Assembly (NCBI GenBank): GCA_030017825.1
Contig: JASEGW010000002.1
Span: forward strand, 1 to 41,950
DNA: 41,950 nucleotides
Reading direction: 5' to 3'
DNA from: a bacterium
GTDB lineage: Bacteria; UBA9089; JAHJRX01
The translations under genes were made by a program, and so were the position numbers. Numbering within the stretch: position 1 is the first letter of the stretch; each line of letters starts with the position of its first letter. Shown piece after piece: positions 28,031-36,994 of this stretch. The notes below the pieces were generated by a model. That model searched no databases and was not told the DNA's origin. It saw only the letters and a program-made list of their open reading frames with translations.

Positions 28031-29272
28031 ATGATTAAAAGATCAATTTTGTCTAAATTAGAAGCACATCTGGATAAACCTGAAATGACCGTTTTGACGG
28101 GGCCGCGTCAGGTTGGCAAAACATATTTAATGAAACAAATGCTTCAAAACTTAGATCATCTTGGCAAAAAAACTATTTTTTTAAGTTCAGATAATGAGGA
28201 TGATCAAAAAATGTTTGAATCACAAAGTAAATTGATTGATTATTTAAAACTCCAGTTTGGTTCTGATAAAGGTTATGTTTTTATTGATGAGATACAAAAA
28301 AAAGAAAATGCTGGGGTATTTTTAAAAGGAATTTACGATTTAGATTTACCTTATAAAATGATATTGTCAGGTTCAGGGAGTTTGGATCTTAAAGCTAAAA
28401 TTAAAGAATCAATGGCAGGAAGAAAGAGAATTTTTGAAATCGAGCCAATTAATTTTGTAGAATTTATTAATTACAAAACAGATTATAAATATGAATCCAA
28501 AATCAATGATTTTTTTAGAATAGAAAAAACAAAAGGTATGAGTTTGTTAAATGAATATTTAAATTTTGGCGGATACCCAAAAGTGATACTTTCAAACAGT
28601 TTAGAAGAAAAGAGAGCAGAAATTGGTGAAATATACAAAAGTTACATTGACAAAGATATAATAAACCTATTAAGAGTTGAAAAACCAAACTCAATTTCAA
28701 ATTTACTTAAAATTCTATCCTCTCAAATTGGTGGACTTGTTAATGTTTCAGAATTGGCTTCAACTGTTGGTATTTCTGTAAAAACTATGGAGAACTATCT
28801 TTGGTATTTGGAAGAAACATATATAATTAGAAAAATCACACCATATTATAGAAATGTAAAATCAGAAATCACAAAATCTCCAATTTATTATTTTGTAGAC
28901 TTGGGGCTTAGAAATTATCTTACAGATCTTTTTGGTTCGATATCGTTACCAACTGAATTAACAGGACATTTGTTTGAAAATTATGTTTTGAATGGATTGA
29001 GAAAAATAAATATTGGTGATGTGCATTTTTGGAGAACAAGAGATAATGCTGAGGTGGATTTTGTTGTAGAAAAAGGAATAAATCCAATTCCTGTAGAAGT
29101 TAAATATAAAGAAATGAAAAATATAAAATTGACAAGATCTTTTAAAACATTTTTAACAAAATATGTACCAAAAGAAGGATATTTTATTCATCTAGGGGAA
29201 AATATGAAAGATAAATTTAAAAATACAAAAGTTATGTTTTTACCTTACTACGGGTTAGAAGAAATATCTTGA
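28031..29272 (+). CDS. AAA+ ATPase with a C-terminal DUF4143 / PD-(D/E)xK-like domain (COG1373-type)
   Basis: Walker A GPRQVGKT. Walker B YVFIDEIQ. C-terminal AEVDFVVEKG...PVEVKY. I prefer the ATG at 28031 (MIKRSILSKLEAHL). Confidence 0.8.
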   Translation: MIKRSILSKLEAHLDKPEMTVLTGPRQVGKTYLMKQMLQNLDHLGKKTIFLSSDNEDDQKMFESQSKLIDYLKLQFGSDKGYVFIDEIQKKENAGVFLKGIYDLDLPYKMILSGSGSLDLKAKIKESMAGRKRIFEIEPINFVEFINYKTDYKYESKINDFFRIEKTKGMSLLNEYLNFGGYPKVILSNSLEEKRAEIGEIYKSYIDKDIINLLRVEKPNSISNLLKILSSQIGGLVNVSELASTVGISVKTMENYLWYLEETYIIRKITPYYRNVKSEITKSPIYYFVDLGLRNYLTDLFGSISLPTELTGHLFENYVLNGLRKINIGDVHFWRTRDNAEVDFVVEKGINPIPVEVKYKEMKNIKLTRSFKTFLTKYVPKEGYFIHLGENMKDKFKNTKVMFLPYYGLEEIS

Positions 29273-29296
29273 AAAAACTTAAAAATTTAACAAAAC

Positions 29297-29495
29297 ATCC
29301 ACTACTTAAATTCCAGTTTCAGCTAGTGTTTCAATAGTTAAATTTATTTCTTCTGCAAAAAATAATGAACTTTATTATATGGTTTTAATATTAGAAAAAA
29401 CAAATATTTATTTAAGACTTGGAATATATTTGATTTTGGCTATAATTGCAGTAGTTGCGCAAATGCTTTTTGTAAGAGGCTACTTTATATCATGA
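29297..29495 (+). pseudogene. Decayed 3'-terminal fragment of a PIG-V-like mannosyltransferase paralog
   Basis: A 61-codon open frame (29310-29492), preceded by a stop at 29307. It ends LRLGIYLILAIIAVVAQMLFVRGYFIS*, compared with LLIGIFVILTIIAVIAQSFFIRGYFVS* at the end of 26819..27958. The 5' part also matches at nucleotide level (aattccaGTTTcagCTAGTgTTTCA vs aattccaaGTTTatcagGTAGTtTTTCA). The central TM segment has degenerated. Confidence 0.6.
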
Positions 29496-30433
29496 CAATG
29501 ACAAAAAATTACTGGACAAATAAAAAGGTTTTAATTACGGGAGGTAAAGGTTTTCTTGGTACCCATTTGGTTGAAAAGTTAAAAGTGTTTAAACCAAAAC
29601 TAATTAGAATTATTGATAAAGACAAATATGATCTAAGAAACTATAAAGATTGTCTTAAAGTTAGCAAAGGTATTGATATTGTCATTCATTTAGCCGCAAA
29701 AGTTGGGGGAATTGGGTTTAATAGGGAATTTCCGGCTGACCTTTTTGATGACAATATTCTAATGGGAACCTATATGATAAAGGCCGCAAGAGTAAATAAA
29801 GTTAAAAAGTTTTTGGCTCTAGGAACGATTTGTGCGTATCCTAAATTTACTCCAATACCGTTTATAGAAGAAAATCTTTGGAATGGATATCCTGAAGAAA
29901 CTAATGCGCCGTACGGACTTGCCAAAAAGATGCAGTTGGTACAAGCAAGTGCGTATAGAAAGCAGTATGGTTTTAATGTTATTTTTCTTCTACCGGTTAA
30001 TTTATATGGGCCCGGAGATAACTTTAATCCAAATTCATCTCATGTTATTCCCTCTTTAATTAAGAAATTTGTAGAAGCAAAAGAAAAAAATGAAAAAGAA
30101 GTTATTGTTTGGGGTACGGGTAGGCCGACTAGAGAATTTTTATATGTTGAAGATGCAGTTGAAGGAATATTGTTAGCTTGCGAAAGATATGATAAAGGAG
30201 ATGCTGTAAATTTAGGGTCCGGGTTTGAGATTTCAATTAAAGATTTGGCAATTTTAATCAAAAAACTGTCTGGTTTTAAGGGAAGGCTAAAATGGGATAA
30301 AACCAAACCTGATGGACAACCAAGAAGAATGTTGGATGTATCAATGGCGCAAAAAGAATTTGGATTTAGTGCAAAAACAACTTTTGAAAAAGGTTTGAAA
30401 GAAACAATAGAGTGGTATATTAAAAACAAATGA
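29492..30433 (+). CDS. fcl: GDP-L-fucose synthase-like NAD(P)-dependent epimerase/reductase
   Basis: Co-linear with E. coli Fcl as I recall it: ITGGKGFLG, LAAKVGGI, LGTICAYP, NAPYGLAK, NLYGPGDNFNPNSSHVIPSL, VWGTGRPTREFLYVED, KPDGQPRRMLDV. Confidence 0.75.
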   Translation: MTMTKNYWTNKKVLITGGKGFLGTHLVEKLKVFKPKLIRIIDKDKYDLRNYKDCLKVSKGIDIVIHLAAKVGGIGFNREFPADLFDDNILMGTYMIKAARVNKVKKFLALGTICAYPKFTPIPFIEENLWNGYPEETNAPYGLAKKMQLVQASAYRKQYGFNVIFLLPVNLYGPGDNFNPNSSHVIPSLIKKFVEAKEKNEKEVIVWGTGRPTREFLYVEDAVEGILLACERYDKGDAVNLGSGFEISIKDLAILIKKLSGFKGRLKWDKTKPDGQPRRMLDVSMAQKEFGFSAKTTFEKGLKETIEWYIKNK

Positions 30434-31098
30434 AAATATTTATTGTTATGCCCGTTTTTAATGAAGAAAAAAAAGTTATTGATGTTTTAAAAGAACTTTC
30501 TAAAACAAAATATCCAATTATAATTATTGACGATGGTTCAACCGACAATAGTTTTAATAAGATTAAAAATTTAAAATTAAAAAAAACAATTTTACTTCAA
30601 CACAAAATCAATTTAGGTAAAGGTGCGGCGCTAAAGACCGGATGTGAATATGCTTTTTCTCATAGCGCAGACGCGGTAATTATGATGGATTCAGACGGTC
30701 AACACAAAGTATCTGATTTAAATAATTTTGTTAAAAAACTGGAGACTAATAAATGTGATGTAATTTTCGGTTCGAGAAATTTAAATTTGGGAGCACCAAT
30801 TGATAGATTTTTGGGAAATAAAATAGCTTCTGTAATTGTAAACATTATGTTTGGTATTTATGTATCTGATTTAATTTGTGGGTTTAGAGCTTTTACTCAA
30901 AAAGCATACAAAAAAATTAAGTGGAAATCGTTGGGATATGGGGTTGAAACAGAGATGGTTGTTCGTACTAAAAAAGCTAGGTTAATTCATTGCGAAGTGC
31001 CTGTGGAGACAGTATACTATGATAATTATAAAGGTGTGTCAATTCTTGATGCATTTCAAGTTTTGGGCAGTCTTTTTTATTGGAAATTAACTATATGA
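30430..31098 (+). CDS. GT2 polyprenyl-phosphate glycosyltransferase (Dpm1/GtrB/CsbB-like)
   Basis: IVMPVFNEEK, IIIDDGSTDNS, GKGAALKTG, MMDSDGQH, GSR, GFRAF. No C-terminal TM. Confidence 0.75.
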   Translation: MKIFIVMPVFNEEKKVIDVLKELSKTKYPIIIIDDGSTDNSFNKIKNLKLKKTILLQHKINLGKGAALKTGCEYAFSHSADAVIMMDSDGQHKVSDLNNFVKKLETNKCDVIFGSRNLNLGAPIDRFLGNKIASVIVNIMFGIYVSDLICGFRAFTQKAYKKIKWKSLGYGVETEMVVRTKKARLIHCEVPVETVYYDNYKGVSILDAFQVLGSLFYWKLTI

Positions 31099-31430
31099 TT
31101 ATTGGGTTACAAATAACAGGAGCAATATTTGCTCTTTTAATGATTTATCTCTCAATTGTTCATTATAAAAAGGGAAGTTTAAATAGTTTAGAAATTGCCG
31201 TGTGGCTTTCAATTTGGGTACTAGTTATTTTGGTTGTTATCTTTCCTGATATTGTAAGGGCTTATTCAATGAGTTTTTCTGTCTCAAGAGTTTTAGATTT
31301 ATTAATTGCTGGGGGATTTATACTTACCATTACAATGGTAACAAGCGCTTATATTAGGGTTAATAAATTGGAAAGAAAAATGGAAGATTTAATTAGAAAA
31401 TTGGCATTAAAAGATTCTGAAAAGAAATAG
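31095..31430 (+). CDS. DUF2304-like small membrane protein
   Basis: About 111 aa. Three hydrophobic segments, then a charged C-terminal helix (KLERKMEDLIRKLALKD). ATGA-coupled to a GT2 gene, which is the usual DUF2304 context. Confidence 0.6.
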   Translation: MIIGLQITGAIFALLMIYLSIVHYKKGSLNSLEIAVWLSIWVLVILVVIFPDIVRAYSMSFSVSRVLDLLIAGGFILTITMVTSAYIRVNKLERKMEDLIRKLALKDSEKK

Positions 31431-31690
31431 TAAAATCTCTAAAAATTTTATAGTTATTTTTTTTAAAAATAATGAATTACTATTGTAATGATGATGGCTT
31501 ATTTTTCATTTAATTTTGAAAAAATAGATAAATATAAATAAATTTGTATGGTATTAAATATTTATAACACACCAAAATTACTTTTGAGGATTAGTTATAA
31601 GACCGTCAGTAATTTTTATAATACGATTGTTAAAATACTATTAGTTATTTAGTTTCTTTTTCAATTCTATTATACTTAAAATATTAAAAT

Positions 31691-32833
31691 ATGAAAATAT
31701 TGTTTGTTTTAGAATACTTTTATCCCCATGTCGGTGGTGTTGAAACGTCATTTTTCAATTTAATTAAAGAGTTGTCCAAAGATAACGAATTGCTAGTAAT
31801 TACAACAAAAATACCAAATACATCAAAACATGAATTTTTTGATGGTATAAATATTTTAAGGGTTAGTGTACCTCCATTTGCAAGAAGATTTTGGTTCACT
31901 TTATTTTCACTAAAGGCTTTATTTGGAAATGCTGGTAAGTATGATTATATTCATACTACAGCTTATAACGCTGCTTTTCCTGCCTGGTTAGTGGCTAAAA
32001 TACTAAGGAAAAAAATCGTAATTACTGTTCCTGAAGTTTTTGGGGCAGATTGGTTTAGATTAGGAGAAAGAAATATATTTCTTTCTGCTCTTTATTATAT
32101 ATATGAACAAATATTGTTTCGACTAAATTTTGATCTGTATATTGCGATTTCTATTTCAACAAAAAATAACTTGCTAGATAATTTTAAAATATCACCTAAA
32201 AAAATTAAAGTAATATATTGTCTTTTAGATTTGGATTTTTGGAATCCTAATAAATATCATAAAAAAAACGTAAGAAAAATTTTGGGGTTTAGAAATGAAT
32301 TTTTGTATTTATATTATGGTAGACCTGGGATTTCGAAGGGTGTTGAATATCTTGTTCGAGCAGTACCCATTATTAGGAAATCTATTCCTAAAAGCAGATT
32401 GATTTTAATTTTATCTAAAGATCCCTATGATAAGTATTTAATAATCAAAAAAATTATAAAACAATTGAATATAGAAAATAATGTACTTCTTTTGGAATCT
32501 AAAAATATTAAAGAACTTCCATACTATATTGTAGCGGCGGACTGTGTAGTAGTACCATCTTTAACAGAGGGATTTGGCTATTGCGCAGTTGAATCTACTA
32601 TTATGAACAAAATCGTAATTTCTACTAGGGTTGGTGCAATTCCTGAATTAAATCCCAAAGCTTTATTTATTAAGCCTAAGTCAGAACAAGCAATTGCTAA
32701 GGCTTTAAGTTTTGTAAACATGAATAAGAAAATGAACACTGATGGAAGAAAAAATTTAATTAGAATGTTAAATAAAAGAAGAATCCTTGAAATATATAAA
32801 AAAGCTATAAAAATTATTTTATTGTCTAAATGA
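31691..32833 (+). CDS. GT4 family glycosyltransferase
   Basis: YPHVGGVE N-terminal motif. EX7E TEGFGYCAVESTIMNKIVI. Confidence 0.8.
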   Translation: MKILFVLEYFYPHVGGVETSFFNLIKELSKDNELLVITTKIPNTSKHEFFDGINILRVSVPPFARRFWFTLFSLKALFGNAGKYDYIHTTAYNAAFPAWLVAKILRKKIVITVPEVFGADWFRLGERNIFLSALYYIYEQILFRLNFDLYIAISISTKNNLLDNFKISPKKIKVIYCLLDLDFWNPNKYHKKNVRKILGFRNEFLYLYYGRPGISKGVEYLVRAVPIIRKSIPKSRLILILSKDPYDKYLIIKKIIKQLNIENNVLLLESKNIKELPYYIVAADCVVVPSLTEGFGYCAVESTIMNKIVISTRVGAIPELNPKALFIKPKSEQAIAKALSFVNMNKKMNTDGRKNLIRMLNKRRILEIYKKAIKIILLSK

Positions 32834-32885
32834 ATTATACTTGATATATAAAAGATTAATACATATCAATTACTCTTAATCTAAC

Positions 32886-33833
32886 ATGGTAAATATGAAA
32901 AGTGATTTTTGGAAAAACAAAAAGGTACTAGTAACTGGCGGAAGAGGTTTTATTGGAACTCATTTGGTGGATAAATTGAAATTTTTAAAACCTAAAGAAC
33001 TAAGGGTTCCAGTCAGAAATGAAGCCAATTTGATGTCGTTTAAAGATTGTTTAAAAATTACAAAAAATATTGATATTGTTATTCATTTAGCTGCCAATAT
33101 TGGAGACGTTAATTATTTAAATTTATATTCGGCTGAAATTTATGATGATAATGTTATAATGAGTTCAAATATAATTAGAGCTTCAATGAGATCAGGTGTC
33201 GAAAAACTAATTAATTTCGGATCTACTTATATTTATCCCAAAAGAGCCAAACTTCCATTATCGGAGGATCAAATATGGAATGGTTTACCTTCTAAGTCGG
33301 GGATGTTTTATGGTTTAGCAAAAAGATCTATTTTGTCGCAAATGCTGGCATATAGAGACCAATATGCTTTTAATTCAATTTTTTTAGTTCCTGTAAACAT
33401 TTATGGTCCTGGGGATAATTTTGATGGTAAAGATAAAAAAGTAATTCCCTCTTTAATAATCAAATTTATCGAATCGCAAAAATATAAGAATAAATCTGTT
33501 AAAATTTGGGGAACTGGCGAGGCCACACGCGATTTTTTATATATCTCTGATTTAATCGATGGTATTATTCTTGTTGCTGAAAAATATAATGAGTCATTAC
33601 CTTTGAATTTGGGTTCTGGCAAAAACATTTCAATAAGCGAACTTGCTTTTTTGTTGAAAAAAATAACTAACTACAAAGGTGAAATTCTATGGGATGATAC
33701 TAAACCAGAAGGTATTCTTAATTCAGAAATTAGTACGGAATTAATTAAGGAAAAAATTGGTTTTAAGGCAAAAGTTTCATTAGTTGAAGGTCTCACAAAT
33801 ACAATTAATTGGTATTTAACTAAATGTTTATAA
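32886..33833 (+). CDS. Divergent Fcl-like SDR (predicted NDP-sugar reductase)
   Basis: VTGGRGFIG, FYGLAK (YxxxK), NIYGPGDNF, IWGTGEATRDFLYISD. It has FGSTYIYP and KKVIPSL where Fcl has GSSCIYP and SHVIPAL. Confidence 0.65.
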   Translation: MVNMKSDFWKNKKVLVTGGRGFIGTHLVDKLKFLKPKELRVPVRNEANLMSFKDCLKITKNIDIVIHLAANIGDVNYLNLYSAEIYDDNVIMSSNIIRASMRSGVEKLINFGSTYIYPKRAKLPLSEDQIWNGLPSKSGMFYGLAKRSILSQMLAYRDQYAFNSIFLVPVNIYGPGDNFDGKDKKVIPSLIIKFIESQKYKNKSVKIWGTGEATRDFLYISDLIDGIILVAEKYNESLPLNLGSGKNISISELAFLLKKITNYKGEILWDDTKPEGILNSEISTELIKEKIGFKAKVSLVEGLTNTINWYLTKCL

Positions 33834-33849
33834 TTAAAAATTTACTAAT

Positions 33850-34566
33850 TTAAAAAATACTTTTATTTGAATAAGAAATATTTTTATTTATTACTCCTAC
33901 AACTATAGCATTTGAGTAGCTTAATATATGATTGTGTTTTAAGTTTTTTATGTGTTTATATTTAACTTGTTTCCATTGGTTTTTAAAATAAGACCTTTGC
34001 ATAAAATGTAGTTCGGTAAAATATTTAAAATTTTTTGTTAAGCTCAAATCTACAAAGGGGTTGTATCCAAGAGGTACGCTGAAAATAAGCACTCCTTTAT
34101 TTGACAACAGAGATTCTAAGTGTTTAATTGTTTTAAAAAAACAATCATTATTATTTTTACTTTTTTTTGCTGAATATAAATTTTCATTCCATCCTACATG
34201 CTCTAATGTCGAAATACTAATAATTAGATCATATTTAAATTTGGGTTTATAACTAAGAATATCCATGTTTATTATTCCAGTGGAATGATCATATTTATCT
34301 ACAATGTGATAATCTTGGTGAAAGTAATTCCATAAAGTACTTCCTACCTCTAAAATTTTACCTATTTTATATTTGTTTACAATTCTGTTAAATATTGGAA
34401 TTTCAATTGCACGTTCATTAATGAATGTATAATTTCTACGGTTATAAAAATAACAATATTTTTTACTTTGAAAAATAAATGTTTTTTTCCTGTTCTCTAA
34501 ATATTGAATAAATGGAGTTATTAAAAACTTAACAATCGATTTAGAGATACTAATAAAGTTTTTCAT
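33850..34566 (-). CDS. Putative class I methyltransferase-like protein
   Basis: ILEVGS, YDLIISISTLEHVG, LLSNKGVLIFSVP. Overlaps the upstream C-methyltransferase gene by 17 nt. Confidence 0.45.
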   Translation of the reverse strand: MKNFISISKSIVKFLITPFIQYLENRKKTFIFQSKKYCYFYNRRNYTFINERAIEIPIFNRIVNKYKIGKILEVGSTLWNYFHQDYHIVDKYDHSTGIINMDILSYKPKFKYDLIISISTLEHVGWNENLYSAKKSKNNNDCFFKTIKHLESLLSNKGVLIFSVPLGYNPFVDLSLTKNFKYFTELHFMQRSYFKNQWKQVKYKHIKNLKHNHILSYSNAIVVGVINKNISYSNKSIF

Positions 34567-35809
34567 TGTCTACAATTTCAAAATTTGGGAGAGGAAAGAT
34601 CATTTTACCGCCTTTTTGAATATAATTTTTTTCTCTTTCAATAAATTCTTTTTTGAAATGCCATGGCAAGATTAATAGATAATCAGGGCTAAGGGTTCTG
34701 GCCTTTTCTTCTGATATAATTGGTATCAAACTTCCAACGGTTTTTAATCCAAATTTATTTGGGTTTCTTTCAACAGCGGCTTTTATAATTTTATTGTTTA
34801 GTCCATAATATTGTAAAAGGGTATTTCCCTTAGTTGAAGCTCCATAAACATATATTTTTTCCAAGCGAGATTTGTTTTTAAGAAATTTAGTTGTTGTTTT
34901 TTTTAAATCCGCTATTTTTTGAGCAAAATTTTTGTATGCTTCTACAGTATTTACCTTTGTTGCTCTTTCTATTTTTAAAAGATTATTTACTTTTTTAAGA
35001 TCATTCAATGATGGCTTTGGAAACTTTGCATTTTTATGTTTTATGTATATACGAAAACTTCCACCATTTACATTGTTTAATTCAACATTAAATATTTCGA
35101 GATCATTACGTTTCATCAATTTCTCTACAGATTTGAGTGAATAATATTCAATATGTTCGTGACAAATATTATCAAATGCGTTTAACTTTAACATTAATGG
35201 TTGATACGCCATTTGAATTATAAAAAGTCCATCGTTTGCTAATATTTCTGAAATATCACCCACAAACTTATTTGGATCTTCCAAATCGTAAAACATTGCT
35301 ATTGCGGTAATAATTTTTGGTTTATTGAAATCGTATTTCTTGTAGTTCTTGGCACTAAAAAAATCATTAATTATTTTATCAGTTCCAATGACATAATCAC
35401 TTTTGAGATTTTTTGCTGGTTCAAAACCGATTCTTAGTATTTGGTTAGTTTCATATGATCTTAGCAAGGTACCATCATTTGCACCTATATCAAGTACAAC
35501 ATCTCCATCTTTCAGTTTTACAATCTTTTCAGCCTTTAAAGTAATATCTTTTAAGGCCTGTTTCATTGTTGAGTTAATCCCTGATTTATACCAGTAATTT
35601 CTGTAGAGTAAGTCAGGATTAACCCCTTTGTGGGTTAATTGTACAAGTGAACAGTTTTTACACATGGTCAGACCCAAAGGTGCTTTAATTGAATGTTTAT
35701 TACTCTTTACAAAGTCTGATATATAAAGATTTCCGAGATATAAAACATTTATCAGATTGCTAGAATGGCAAACCCTACACGAGTTAATTTTCTTATATAA
35801 TTTATTCAT
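34550..35809 (-). CDS. NDP-hexose C-methyltransferase family protein (TylC3-like architecture)
   Basis: N-terminal Cys4 CRVCHSS...CKNCSLVQL. YRNYWYKSGINSTM. SAM motif VLDIGANDGTL. A long C-terminal domain. Confidence 0.7.
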   Translation of the reverse strand: MNKLYKKINSCRVCHSSNLINVLYLGNLYISDFVKSNKHSIKAPLGLTMCKNCSLVQLTHKGVNPDLLYRNYWYKSGINSTMKQALKDITLKAEKIVKLKDGDVVLDIGANDGTLLRSYETNQILRIGFEPAKNLKSDYVIGTDKIINDFFSAKNYKKYDFNKPKIITAIAMFYDLEDPNKFVGDISEILANDGLFIIQMAYQPLMLKLNAFDNICHEHIEYYSLKSVEKLMKRNDLEIFNVELNNVNGGSFRIYIKHKNAKFPKPSLNDLKKVNNLLKIERATKVNTVEAYKNFAQKIADLKKTTTKFLKNKSRLEKIYVYGASTKGNTLLQYYGLNNKIIKAAVERNPNKFGLKTVGSLIPIISEEKARTLSPDYLLILPWHFKKEFIEREKNYIQKGGKMIFPLPNFEIVDNEKLY

Positions 35810-35890
35810 AATCGTAATTAATTTTTATTTGCTGTTGAAAGAAAATTATATATAGTATATTCTTTTCAATGAAATTATATACTAATAGCC

Positions 35891-36994
35891 ATGAAAATTA
35901 TATCTGTTACATCAATAAAAGAAAAGGGGGGAATTGGTTTTTACTCTAAACAAATAGTTAGTCATTTATCTAGATTTAAAGATATAAATTTAATAGAAAT
36001 TAATAATCATTCAAAAATACCTAATAATTATGACATACTTCATGTACAACACCATTATTCTTTTTTTGGATTACCCCTACCATTTTTCAATAAATTTAAT
36101 TCTTATCTCAAAAATACAAAACCGATTATTGTTGTTACTATACACGACCTAATAACTAATTCTCCTATTGGGGTACCGAAAGTTTTCTGTGTAGTATTAA
36201 ACTATTTAATTAAAAAATTAAATATTAAGAGTTTTATTGAACCAAATATTAATCATTTTATCATTCATTCACGAAATCAATTATATTTGCTAAATAAAAT
36301 GGGTATTTCTAAAAATAAAATTAGTTTACTTCCAATGGGTGTTCCCTTAAATTCTATCAAAAAAGTTAATTTCTCCCAGATTAGAAAAAAGTGGGATCTT
36401 GAGGGCAAAATTGTATTTTCAATATTGGGGTTTATATTTCGTAGAAAAGGGTATGAAATTGCGCTAAAAGCACTCGAAAGATTAAATGATAAAAATACTG
36501 TATTGGTTATAGCAGGTGATTTTAATCCTAAATCCACAATAGACCGCGATTATAGAAAAAATCTAATTAAATATATTAGAAAGTGTCATCTTGAAGAACA
36601 AGTCGTTATAACTGGATATTTGAGCAATAATGAATTTAAAGACCTAGTATCTGTTACAGATATTATACTTGCCCCTTTTAGGGGAAATTATGGCAGTCCA
36701 TACTCTTTGTCAACAGCTATAGGTTTCGGCAAACCAATAATAGCTTCAGATATTCAGCCTGTATTGGAAATACAAAATAGGATGAATTGTTTGGAAATTT
36801 TTAAGGATGGAAACGATAAAGATTTGGCTAAAAAAATGTCTAAATTGATGAAAGATACAAATTATAGAAAACAGTTGGCAACAAGAGCAAAAAACTATTC
36901 AAAAAAATACAGTTTTGATAAATTGGCTTTACAACACAAAAGGATTTATAATCATTTATTAAGACAGGAGAGATTGTTAAGTAAAAATAAGTAA
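35891..36994 (+). CDS. GT4-like glycosyltransferase with a degenerate EX7E motif
   Basis: GT-B layout (N-terminal GGIGFY, LVIAGD). It has GNYGSPYSLSTAIGFGKPIIAS where E-x7-E is expected. Confidence 0.55.
   Translation: MKIISVTSIKEKGGIGFYSKQIVSHLSRFKDINLIEINNHSKIPNNYDILHVQHHYSFFGLPLPFFNKFNSYLKNTKPIIVVTIHDLITNSPIGVPKVFCVVLNYLIKKLNIKSFIEPNINHFIIHSRNQLYLLNKMGISKNKISLLPMGVPLNSIKKVNFSQIRKKWDLEGKIVFSILGFIFRRKGYEIALKALERLNDKNTVLVIAGDFNPKSTIDRDYRKNLIKYIRKCHLEEQVVITGYLSNNEFKDLVSVTDIILAPFRGNYGSPYSLSTAIGFGKPIIASDIQPVLEIQNRMNCLEIFKDGNDKDLAKKMSKLMKDTNYRKQLATRAKNYSKKYSFDKLALQHKRIYNHLLRQERLLSKNK

Noticed and set aside
31431-31690. The 260-bp AT-rich gap as a possible ncRNA or pseudogene
   Set aside because: I could find no stable GC-containing stems, no conserved-looking motif, and no frame with similarity to neighbouring genes. 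It is most simply a promoter/terminator spacer.
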